From: Eledone cirrhosa
Lineage: Eukaryota
Direction of reading: 5' to 3'
DNA: 64,000 bases
Assembly (NCBI GenBank): GCA_964016885.1
Contig: OZ024741.1
Span: 172,112,001-172,176,000, forward strand
In this document: one piece after another, positions 53,265-64,000 of the stretch
Numbering within the stretch: position 1 is the stretch's first letter
How the letters are laid out: each line of letters begins with the position of its first letter
The notes under the pieces: generated by a model
What the model was told of the DNA's origin: nothing
The model's database searches: none
The model's input: only the letters and a program-made list of their open reading frames with translations
Made by a program: the position numbers and the translations under genes

Positions 53265-53935
53265 TCAATAAATGTCATTGAGGCCTCATCCCTGAAAGAT
53301 AGATTCCTTCTGAAGGAATATATGGAGTAGGGAAAAAAATTCAACCAAGACGCAATGTGGTTGAGAGAATTTCGAACGAAGTACTGCCTCTGCATTCCAC
53401 ATAAAAAACATACAGTTTCAATGATATCATTGAGAATGATAGGAAAACTTCAAGATGAGAAAGCACCAGGAAGAGATTTGATTGTCAGCTTTGGCATAAA
53501 AATCTCACTTTTTCGCCGATGTATCTTATAAACCTTCACCAGCAATCTCTCAAGGGAGATGTATATATACCAAGCTGGTTAACATTAGCAGAAAGATATT
53601 GGTCCCCCAAAACTCAGATACTCACTTGGAAAAAAAACTACCGACCTATTCCGTGCCAGAACGTAATGTATAAGATGTTTAAGGTCTGTCTGAACCTACT
53701 CCTCCAAGATCACAGATTAGCAAGCAGCCTGGAAGAAAGGAGACTGGAGTGTGTTGAACACCTCTTGATTAATAAAACCGTGGTGCCAGAGATGCAGTGA
53801 CATAGGAGAAACTTAGTTGTAGTCTGGTTGGACTACAGCAAAGCATTCGATTCTATTTCACACTCTTGAATGCTAGAGGCCCTTCGACTTAATAATGTCC
53901 CAGATACTATTATCAAAGCCATAGAGAACCTATCA
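53265..53935 (+). pseudogene. Degenerate R4/Dong-type RT remnant
   Basis: KAPGRD, NYRPIPCQNVMYK, WLDYSKAFDSISH. Confidence 0.75.
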
Positions 53936-54159
53936 ACTTCATATATGCACTATATATCAACTGCATATATGCACTATATATGCACTATAAGGTAAATATG
54001 TCCTTTGGCAGCCATCTTGTTACCCACAATGCAGCCTCGACAGATGAATACTGCTTGATTATGGCTGACAACTGATGCAACCAAGACACCATAGTGAAAA
54101 ACCACTATATGGAACATTATATTATGTAACATTCTCTCATTATTTTAATTTATATTAGA

Positions 54160-54350
54160 AGGGCAGTGGATTGGCAGTATCGGTAGAGGGTCGGACGCCA
54201 TGCTTTCCAGCATAGTTACGTCCCTTTACGATCTGAGTTCAAATCCCGCCGAGGTTAACTTTGCCTTTCATCCTTACGGGGTCGATAAAATAAAGTACCA
54301 GTAATGCACTGGGTAATTGGTGGCCTTGTGCCAAGAGTAGAAACAATTAT
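54160..54350 (+). mobile_element. tRNA-derived SINE, full length
   Basis: A and B boxes; central domain resembles the MetaSINE-type core (from memory); ATT tail. Confidence 0.92.
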
Positions 54351-54466
54351 TATTAATATTATTATTATTATTCTCTACACTCCTTACATCAAACTAAAAT
54401 ATGTTGACAATCTTTTAATAATGTCTTCCTTGTGAAATTTGTGGTCTTGTTTTGCTTAACTAATGA

Positions 54467-54524
<58 letters not shown>

Positions 54525-55444
54525 AAATCTAGCTAGATCTATATATATGCCTGTTTATATGCCTATCTGCCTATCTATGTTATCCATCTATCAATTCATC
54601 GATCTTCATAACGAATACGTGTATTTACAGTGTCTGTGGCTTTATCAAATAGTGATTATGGAGCTTACTGATATTGTTTTTTTTTTCTATACACCCCCGC
54701 CTATCTTTCTATCTCTTCATTGTCTATCTCGTAATATTTATTCGGGGGGATTATATGAAACAGAGAGAAATTCGGGGAAAGTGTAGTACAATACTAGTAT
54801 ATGTAATCGGAAAGAGAAATGGAGGTAACAATAATCACAATGATCCAAACAGACAGGGATAAGGCCTATTGTAATCTTGAATGAGAGAAGAATTCGATGA
54901 GAAACGAAGCAAATAGAACTTATTAAAGACAGCTACCAAAACATAAAGAATCGAAAATTAATGGAAAGATTTACCCTAATATAAACCACCAAAAGATTTC
55001 ATCAACATCCATATTTTTTTCTATAATTTATTTTGAGACAGAAGGACAACACCCATGACCCTTTATCAGAAGATTGGTATAAGAAAGATAGAAATTAATT
55101 CTCAAACCAGAGACATACCCCGAGTGTTTGTAACAGAGTGAATTCTGCCAAAGGCACCAATTGGCCAGATAGTTGTGTTAAATGAGTCAACGAATTAAGT
55201 ATACCACACAAGTAAATTACGATTTGAACTCAGAAGCAAAGAGAAGGCACCGCGTTCAACGATGTGACAATTTCGCCAATCTATCACTCCAGATTGATAT
55301 GATATTTTATTGATCTTGGATGAACGAAAGGCGAAGTTGTCCTTGGTGAGATTTGAACGCAGAACGCTGTAAATAGGATCAAATACAGCAAGGCAATTTG
55401 TCCTAAAACCAACAACTATGCTAATTCAATGTGAAGACACATGG

Positions 55445-55510
55445 AATAGTGGTTTGGGCGTCGGGCTTACAACTATGAGATTGTGAGTTCGATTCTCGGA
55501 TGGGGCTTTG
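55445..55510 (+). mobile_element. tRNA-SINE head remnant
   Basis: TAGTGG...GAGTTCGATTC. Confidence 0.5.
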
Positions 55511-56169
55511 TGTTGTTGGTCTTCCACAGACAAGTTTACCCGGACTTGTGCCACGGAGGGAAAACTTCTAGGTGAAAATCCCATGGACATTCTTGACCGA
55601 ATGTTTCTTTTTTATGCCATTTAACCACGAGGAGAAAAAAAACACATACACTTGTTGAAATGGATTCCATTTCCATTCCTAACTTTATAATAACACAGCA
55701 ACGTATAAATGTGGTAACTTGACTGTGCCGGTAGAACATAAAAATATTCATTCCGGCTCTCTGGACTTTAAATAATCTTTGCATTTTATCTTTTCGTGAT
55801 CAAAAAATATATTACCATTTCCAGGTGTTGGATTGGCAGAATTCTTTGAACGTTGGATGAGAGGCTTTGAGGTATTTGTTCCATCTCGTTGTGTTCTAAG
55901 TTCCTCAGTGTTAGATTTAACATATTTTGGTCCGGTTTGACATTGTCTTGCACCCTGGTCGGCTTCAGAACAGTTTATTATGTTAAAAGTATTCGAAACT
56001 TGTTTCAAGATAGATTTATCCTTTTCTTCTTACTAATATTCGTGGCCCTTGAAAATATATATTCACGGGCCATTTATTCCCTCGGTGAATAAACGGCAAA
56101 AAAGGAAAGGAAAGGAAAATTGTGTTATAGTTAACCAATACAGAAACAGACTTTGCAAATATATAAGTA

Positions 56170-57047
56170 CTAGCAGCAGTGCCCAGCGTTGCGTGGGTAG
56201 GTAAAATAATATCTGCTTTGATGAAAAGATGTTGATCTTAGCGACTGCTTCTCGATGACTAATCTATGGCCACACACAGGCCATGCGGGAGAGGGTGGTG
56301 ATGTGCTCTATCATTGAGAAACGCGGGTGACTGACGAAGGGGCATGCTGGGGGAGGGAGGTAATGACCTCTAACACTAAGCCAAATTTCCTCACGCTACT
56401 TGATTGGATGAATTCTCAAATACACAACTAAAAGTTCAGACGACGTCAGTGGCCATCGTTTTGCCTTTGACCATCTATAAGATGTGCAATGATAGGTTCT
56501 ATCGTAGTATAAATGTTGAACCAAATGAATTGATTTATGTGTGAGGTAGAGCCGAAATTTCGAATTTGAACGAAATCGGTTGAAAAATGTGGGAGCTAGG
56601 GCCGAAAAGGCGGAAATTTTAGCGAAAAGGTGGTATTTTTGAATATTTAAGCGGCTGCCACGCCGTTCCTGAACAAAAAATCCAAAATGTAAAGCCAAGT
56701 TAAGACGTTAAATAATCAGATCTAGCGTAGTGTAAAATTTGAACAAAGTAGGTTGATTAATGTGGGAGGTAGAGCCGAAAAAGTGGAAATTTGAGTTTAA
56801 AAGTGGTATTTTTGAATATTTAATTGGCTGCCACGCTGGCCCTGAACAACAAATGAAAAATATAAAGGCGTTACAGGATCTGCAATGATAAATCCTATTT
56901 TCTTTAAAATTTGAATGAAATCGGTGGCAAAATGTGGGAGTTAGAGCCAAAAAACTTATTTTTCGATACCTAAATCTATTAGCCTGTAAAATTTCATGAA
57001 AATCGGTCGTAAGATGTAGGCCCATATAGGTAATACACAGACACACA

Positions 57048-57118
<71 letters not shown>

Positions 57119-57137
57119 AATTTTATATATATACAGA
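56170..57137 (-). mobile_element. Non-autonomous Helitron
   Basis: Minus strand begins A|TC (TCTGTATATATATAAAA) and ends with hairpin CCCACGCAACGCTGGG, 9 nt, then CTAG|T; internal subrepeats and (TG)n. Confidence 0.82.
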
Positions 57138-57649
57138 TAAACAACAATATAATTTTTTAAACAGTAATAGATAACACTATTAGTACAAGGAGAGAATTAC
57201 AAATACATAAAAGCTTTAATTCACATATTCTGAGAACAATAATGAATCTTTAATTTTAAAAATTCATTGGTATGAACATTAAATTATTGTTTTACTCTTA
57301 AAGATTAAAACGTTTTTTGTTGTTTTTTGTTATTTGTTGTCATGTGCGCTTCTAAAGAACTTCGTCGGGTGGCCGTTTTAAATTTGAATGAAAGCAAACC
57401 AAATTCACCCACGAGTGAGATTTCCATTGGTATTTTGCACAGTTGCTCAACAAACGAAATCCGCTAAATAATATGGTAAAACAGTATTGTATCCTGAAAG
57501 GAATGTTCACGTAAGTCATAGTTCCATCATTTAAAAACAGGACACATTGGATAATGCATTCCAATCATTTAATAGAGCTTAAATTCTTTTGTTCATTGAA
57601 TTGCTGAATCAAAAGTTGACGTAGTTTTAAAAAAGATATAAAAAAAACA

Positions 57650-57935
57650 AGAAATAAAGGCTAGTCTTATCAACCAGTAGGATCAACGAATGACAAAGCA
57701 TATAGACCACCACAAGAACTGTCGGATATAACCACAAAATCTCCCTCATATTTCACTAAGTCTCGATTGCTTTTCCATATGACATTAAGCTTTACCATGG
57801 CAGATTAGGTCAGGCCGAGTCTTGCCAGTGTCTTTTTTTGAGATATGCCGTTTTTCGTCAGAGTGGATCCTAGGTATTTGAAGCCGTCCACTTTTTCAAA
57901 TGTTCCTTCGTTCAGCATGATGTCGGTTGTTGTGC
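57650..57935 (-). pseudogene. LINE RT C-terminal remnant
   Basis: EKVDGFKYLGSTL motif. Confidence 0.5.
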
Positions 57936-59145
57936 ACTATGTTTAGCTGTAGTCCTAGATACATTACGCAGGAATGCAGTCATATTTACACTATGTTTGA
58001 ATGTACTGTTGTATTGTTTGAATGTAGTCCAAGATAAATAATGTTTGAACGTAATCCTAGTTATACTACGTTTTAACGTAATCTTAGTTACACTATTTTT
58101 TAATGTAGTCCTAGATGTATTTTCTACCTGTAGTCCGAAGTAAATTATATTTGAAAGTATTCCTAGTCACATCAATTTTTAAATGTAAGCCCTAGATACA
58201 CAGTACGAATATTGAATTATATGTACAATCTTTTGAATGTAAGTCCTAGATAACCTATGTTTGTGTGAAGCTTTAATTACATTATGTTTAAATATAGTCA
58301 TAGACACACCATGTATGGATATAATTCTAGAGCCACAATGTTTGAACGTAGTTCTAGATACACTATGTTTGAATATAATCCGAGAAACTCTGTTAGACTG
58401 TAGTCCATGATACACTATGTTTGAATGTAGTTCGATGTTAGAAGTAATTCAAGATACGCTACGACTGAGTTGTCATAGATACATAATGTTTGAATGGGCG
58501 TACAGGTTCACAATCTCTTATCCGAAAAGCTTGGGACCAGACATTTTCGGAATTCGGAATTCTTTGGATTTCGGAATGGAAGATTTTTAACGTAGATTTT
58601 ACAGTTTTTTAGATAAATCATTACAGGGAACAGGGTGGCTCAGTGGTAGAGTGCGCGGCTCGTAGCCGAGAGGTTGACGGTTGGTTGACTGTGGATCGTG
58701 CCAGGTCATGTTTGGCGCCAAACGCGAGCTTTGATGTGCAGACGACATCTTGGAAAAAATGTTCGGTTTTCGGAATTTCCGATAAACGATTGTGAACCTG
58801 TATTAGATATACTGTTGGATATATTCTGGGATACAGAGTGTGACTGTAGTCGTTACAATTAAGCATATGGTATCTACGTCTATACTTAAACAGTAAGTTT
58901 AGCTGGAATCCGATATACACAACATTTGAATTTAAACCTTCTTGCACTGTGTGACTTTAGAGGTCGATACCCTATGTTTGAACGTAGTCCTATACATATA
59001 TATATATATATATATGACTGTACATATAGATACATTATGTTTAAGTATAGACGTAGATACCATATGCTTAATTGTAACCATAGATACACTGCGTTTGTAG
59101 TTCAAGGATTCGCTATGTTTAAACTTACTTCTAGATGCATTATAT
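57936..59145. repeat. Degenerate about 27-bp minisatellite (TAGATACACTATGTTTGAATGTAGTCC-like)
   Basis: Tandem diverged units, interrupted by a MITE. Confidence 0.8.
58503..58800. mobile_element. Tc1/mariner-superfamily MITE
   Basis: TA|CAGGTTCACAATC ... GATTGTGAACCTG|TA; about 24-bp imperfect TIRs; TA duplication. Confidence 0.85.
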
Positions 59146-59190
59146 TTATATAAACAACTCTTTGCTGAATCTGTGTTAGTGTCACTGCTA

Positions 59191-59233
<43 letters not shown>

Positions 59234-59258
59234 AATATATATGTATGTATATATATCT

Positions 59259-59337
59259 ATTAAAATAACAGATTAAAGTTTAAGCAAAGAATCGCTGCTT
59301 TCACCCTTAACGGGATCTTCAAATTTATTATTATTAC
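59259..59337. mobile_element. Split, inverted mini-insertion of the 22989 family
   Basis: 59259-59320 equals 23100-23162; 59316-59337 is the reverse complement of 22989-23010. Confidence 0.85.
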
Positions 59338-59366
59338 TATGTATATATATATATATATATATATAG

Positions 59367-59885
59367 TTATACTTGGAGAGGGTAATATTGTTGTAATATT
59401 GCCAATAATAATTTTTTTGCTTTTGACACAAGGCTAGCAATTATCCCGGTGTACCACTGGTACTTTATTTTATCGACCCCGTAAGGATGAAAGGCAAAGT
59501 TAACTTCGGCGGGATTTGAACTCAGACCATAAAGGGCCATAACTCTTTGGTGCTAAGCATGGCGGCCGACCCTTCTACACTCACTGTTTGGTTGGTTTTC
59601 GCTTCTGTATCATTTATATCTCCATAGTTAATTTATTTGGCAATCAATGTTTATCATTGATTGACCAGCGGTTAAATATACAGATATAAATATATATATA
59701 TATATATAGTCTATCAAAGTTCTTTCGTTGCACATCTGTAATATCATCAGTGGTACTATTATGTTCCCTCCTACTGTATTGTAAAGTCTACCCCATTTTA
59801 ATTTTATTTATTTATTCTTCTCTCTGTCTCTGCGCATGCGTTTGCGTGTGTGTATAATCGTTGGTGTGTGTGTTCGCGTTTGAGT
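59367..59885 (-). mobile_element. pLTR related to 16015-16265, with a hammerhead (about 59712-59755) and an inserted tRNA-SINE (about 59408-59577, minus strand)
   Basis: TACCA-CTGATGA...GAAA-GAAC-TT-TGATA; starts GTTATACTT.G.AGGGT like 16018. Confidence 0.65.
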
Positions 59886-59906
59886 GTATGTATATATATA
59901 TATATA

Positions 59907-60012
59907 ACCAAAAGTTAAACAAGGTTCATTGATTAATCGATGAATATAGTTTTACAATAGATTAGAAGCACTCAACTGTAAAAGTTTTCTGGAGTTATTA
60001 GTATTAATTCAA

Positions 60013-60044
<32 letters not shown>

Positions 60045-60309
60045 TAATTCAAAATATTAATAAATATAGACATTCATGTAATCAAATATATTATATTATA
60101 TATATTTCGAAGGCACTGTGCTGTTTCCTCAGTACGTCCTCATCAGACTGGAATTGAACCATCAGCACAGTTGAGGGATGTCATACATCAATTTATATAT
60201 TTTATCTGATGAGGACGTACTGAGGAAACACCACAGTACATCCGAAATATATATAATAAAATATATTTGATTACATGAATGTCTATATTTATTAATATTT
60301 TGAATTAAT
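59907..60309. mobile_element. Fold-back hammerhead element (arms about 60002/60042-60147 and 60205-60309)
   Basis: Inverted arms with several mismatches; tail on the left. Confidence 0.85.
60195..60266 (+). ncRNA. Type I hammerhead ribozyme
   Basis: ATATATTTTAT-CTGATGA-GGAcGTACTG..CAGTACaTCC-GAAA-TATATA-TA-ATAAAATATAT. Confidence 0.9.
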
Positions 60310-60324
60310 ATATATATATATATT

Positions 60325-60850
60325 TAGAAACACACAGATACATGCGGACACACACATATACATGAATGCATCCGCACCCAACCGTGAGTTAAGGGTGCCA
60401 ACTTCACCGATGTTGCTCAATGAATGACTGGGACAGACCAATCCGGTTGAACCAGACTGAACCAGTATCAGAGTTAAAACTACATTATGAAGAGAGAAGA
60501 AACATTTAGATATAATTAGTAATAAAATGTATCATACCTAAACTGCTCCTAGATTCCTCGACTACGTAGTTTCGTGGCATAAACAAAAACAATACATCAT
60601 AAAGATATAGAGTCCTTGCGAGGTCTGCCGACTTATCAAGAGGATACCTCATTTTACTAGTCTCTTCTTGAGACTAGTAAAATGAGGTATCCTCTTGATA
60701 AGTCGGCAGACCTCGCAAGGACTCTATATCTTTATGATGTATTGTTTTTGTTTATGCCACGAAACTACGTAGTCGAGGAATCTAGGAGCAGTTTAGGTAT
60801 GATACATTTTATTACTAATTATATCTAAATGTTTCTTCTCTCTTCATAAT
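60325..60850. mobile_element. Perfect fold-back element (181-bp arms 60484-60664 and 60670-60850) with a variant hammerhead
   Basis: 5-nt loop TTCTT; TCCTC-TTGATAA...GAAA-CTACGTAG-TC-GAGGA at 60690-60779. Confidence 0.9.
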
Positions 60851-60879
60851 ATATGTATATATATATATATATATATAAT

Positions 60880-61835
60880 AAAAAATTGAACAGGGACAGA
60901 ACAGAGAGGCAGTACGACAAATGTTTATATTAGATTCACGCTCAGGAGAGTGGGGGGTAGGTGGAGGACGACGTTTCGGGCATAAGCCCTTCTTCAGGTA
61001 AGAGTTCAAAAGGTGTGTAGGGGAGTGGTGGAGAGACATATAGCGAAAGGAAACGGTGCGAATGAAAAATTAACAAATAAAGACAAAAATATAATAAATA
61101 ATAAATAAAAATAAAGCATGATCAAAATACAAGGAATGAGAACATTTAAAAATAAAGGCATGATCAAAATAAACTGAAATTAAAAGGGGGGTAAACAGGT
61201 GGTGGAAGGGTGTGGGGTGAGTAGAGGTGGAGGCGGGTGGAGTGGGGAGAGGGAGACGGGGTGTCCGAGCGAGGAGGGCTGAAGGTGGTGTGTGTGGTTA
61301 GGTGTGCGTGTGTGTGTGTGTGTGTGTATGTGAAAGTGAGGGTTGGGGGAAGAACGGGGTTGCATGTTCAGGAAGGTGTGTGTGGGGGGTGTTTTTGTGT
61401 GTCGGAGGGTCTGTGCGTGTGTGGATAGGGGGTGGGGGGAGAGGAATCAGGGGGCTGAGGGTGTAAATATGTGGTGGGAAGCACGTGTGTGTGGTTTAAG
61501 CGTGTTGTGGGTGTGGGTGGCGTGTGGATAAAAAAATTTGTTTTGGGATGTGTGTGTGGGTGAGTTATATAGGTGATGGTGTTAGAGGATGGTTGAAAAG
61601 TGGTAAGTTACACGGATGTATGGAGATTTTGGTTGGAAGTCAAAACGCGTGTGGGTAATCCAAGAAGCGGTGGTCGGAAGAGGAGAGATGTGGGGTGCGC
61701 GCGCAACAGGAAGTGGTCAGCAGTGGGAGTGCTGTGGTCAGTGGGTGCTGAGACAGTGGTCGGAAGGGCATAGCAGCAGTCAGCGGAATGGTAGGGAGGC
61801 GAGGATGGGTAGGTGTGAGAGTTGGAGTGAGGAGG

Positions 61836-61871
<36 letters not shown>

Positions 61872-64000
61872 TAGTAGGGGTGTTAGTGGGATGAGTGAGT
61901 GTGGAGTGGGGAGAGAAGGGTGTGTGTGGTTCTATGGAGGGAGTGTGGTGTACTGGTGTGTGTGTAGTTTGGTGAGAAGGTGTTAGTGGGTGTTAGTAGA
62001 CGGGAGGTGGGGAGGGGTGGAATGCAGGTGTGAGTGGGGGTTAGTGGGGGTAGGGTGTGTAGAGTTGGTGGTGTACGAGGGTGTGTGGGTACGTGTGCGT
62101 GGGGTTGGAGGGTGTTAGTGATGTTAGTTGCGTGTGGGGTGGGTGGTGTAAGTGTGTGCGTGTGATAAGGAGGGGGGAGGAGGAGAAGAGGGGAGGGAAG
62201 GGATGTTAGTATGTTAGTTGGGGAAGGGTGGTTAGATGAGGGGTGGAGTGGGGGTGTTAGTATTGTTAGTGTGGGGTGGGCGGTGAAAAGGAGGGGTGTG
62301 TTAGTGGTGTTAGTGAGGGATAAGTGGGGGAGGGGGGCGGTCGAACGCTAAAGGAATAAGGGTGGGGAGTTCAGGCCAGGGAGGGGGGGGGGGGGGTCTG
62401 TAAGATGAAGATAGTACGTTGTTCGACCGTGAGGCGATGGGCGGCTGTTCCGCGGCACTGGAGTAGGCCACAGACTGTGAGATGGTGTGCGGAGTGTCCA
62501 GGGCCACCAAAGTGGCGGGCGATGGGGGAACTGCCCCCGAGACGAATGTCCCGGAGGTGCTCCGTGACTCGGTCCGCCAGGCGGCGTCCCGTCTGTCCGA
62601 CATAAGTCGCGCTGCACCTCGTGCAACGAAGTCCGTAGACTAGGTTGGAGGAGGTGCAGCGGAAGGCATGCCGGACCGAGAGAGGGTGGCCGTTGGGACC
62701 CTGGAAGGTGGTGGTGTTGGTGATGTGGGGACAGGTGTTGCAGCGGGGCCTAGAACAGGGGAAGGAACCGGGGGGGGGGAAACGGAGCGTGGGTTGGGGG
62801 GTAGGGAGCTGTGGACGAGGAGGGTGCGGAGATTGCGTGCGCGTATGAAGGAGGGGAGTGGTGGGGTTGGGAAGATGTGGGAGGTGGAGGGGTCGGACTG
62901 GAGGTGTCGGAAGAGGCGGCGGATGGTGCGGTGGAGGGGTAAGGTGGAGGGGTGGTAGGTGATGGGGAAGGGGAGACGGTGGGTGGGTGTGCGGTGGCGT
63001 TGGGTGAGGATGGTAGAGCGGGGGATAGCACGGGCGCGGGTGAGAGCGGTGTGGACGAGAGAGGGGGGGTAACCTCTGCGGATGAAATGGCTGACTAGGG
63101 AAAGGGCTTGGGACTCGAAGTTAGCATCTCGGCTACAGAGGCGGCGGATCCTGAGAAGTTGGGAGTAGGGAATGGAGAGTTTAGTGTGGGTGGGGTGGGA
63201 AGAGGTGAAGTCGAGGTAAGAGTGGGAGTCGGTGGGTTTGAAGAAGGCGGAGGTGACGAGGGAGTGGTGGGAGGGGTCGAAGGCGACGGAGATGTCCAAG
63301 AAGTGGACGTGGGTGGTGGAGATAGAGGTGGTGAAGTGGAGGGAGGGGTGGAAGGAGCAGAAGAAGGAGAGAAAGGAGTCGAGCTGTACTCGGGTGAGGG
63401 TCGTGGCTCCGATACAGTCGTCAATGTAACGACCGTACAGTTCGGGCGTGGGGCCGGTGTACTGGGCAAAGATTTGGGCCTCAACATGGCCAACAAAAAG
63501 GTTGGCATAGTTCGGGCCCATTCCTGTGCCCATGGCTACCCCCGTGACCTGTTGGTAAAACTCACCCGAGAAGGAGAAACAATTTAGGGTGAGGACCAGC
63601 TCGGCGAGGCGAAGGAGGGTGGGGGTGGAGGGAATGGGGGGAGGAGCGAAGGTCGAGGTAGTGTTTGAGGGCGCGAAGGCCGTCGGCGTGGGGGATGACG
63701 GTGTAGAGGGACTTGATGTCTAGGGTGAAGAGGAATGGCTGAGGGCCAGGTAGGTAGGTGAAGGAGTCGAAAAGGCGCAGGGCGTGGTTGGTGTCAGAGA
63801 TGTGGGAGGGGAGGGTGGTGACAAGGGAGGCGAGGAGGGAGTCGAGAAAGGCGGAGATGAGTTCGGTGGGGCAGTTGCAAGCGGAGACGATGGGACGGCC
63901 GGGGTTGTCGGGTTTGTGGAGTTTGGGGAGGAAGTAGATGGTGGGGGTGCGGGGTGTGCGGACGATGAGGTGGGAAGCGGTGGGGGGGGGGGAGTGAGGA
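60880..64000 (-). mobile_element. GC-rich Penelope-like element (RT, GIY-YIG, long low-complexity 3'UTR, pLTR hammerhead), runs off the right edge
   Basis: KLHKPDNPGRPIVSAC, LDIKSLYT, GVAMGTGMGP, RYIDD, CSRPRCNTC, NLVYGLRC..TYVGQTGRRLADRVTEH; frameshifts in G runs near 63640 and 62775. Confidence 0.93.
60968..60999 (-). ncRNA. Minimal PLE-type hammerhead
   Basis: AC-CTGAAGA-aGGGCttatGCCC-GAAA-CG-TC-GT; stem I is only 2 bp. Confidence 0.7.

Noticed and set aside
55748-56110. Possible host exon on the minus strand after a pyrimidine tract
   Set aside because: All three frames from the putative acceptor hit early stops, and the peptide is unrecognisable.
58633-58700. Functional tRNA gene
   Set aside because: T arm/B box and acceptor stem are not intact.
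57936-59145. CRISPR-like periodic repeat
   Set aside because: Units are contiguous and degenerate with no unique spacers, there are no cas genes, and the context is eukaryotic.
62645-63587. Plus-strand Gly/Glu-rich ORFs
   Set aside because: They are antisense shadows of the C-rich Penelope ORF.

Overview
AT-rich animal DNA, most likely intronic or intergenic sequence from an octopod cephalopod (inferred from the repeat content). I found no supportable host protein-coding gene. The window consists of (TA)n, (CA)n, (GA)n and (ATT)n microsatellites packed with retroelements. These include one intact RTE LINE (28435-31757), a near-complete L1/Tx1-clade LINE (37563-43465), R4/Dong-type RLE LINE pieces, three Penelope-like elements with recognisable RT and GIY-YIG sequence plus a decayed remnant, tRNA-derived SINEs, a bipartite RTE-derived SINE, a non-autonomous Helitron and a Tc1/mariner MITE. 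The most striking pattern is about a dozen largely unrelated short non-coding elements lodged in (TA)n tracts that carry type I hammerhead ribozyme motifs. Many are fold-back palindromes with a ribozyme on each strand and both 3' ends pointing outward. In most of these, the shorter arm ends 3-8 nt before a conserved ACTC...GAGT stem, which suggests a defined second priming site. All calls were made by eye; boundaries of degenerate elements are approximate.
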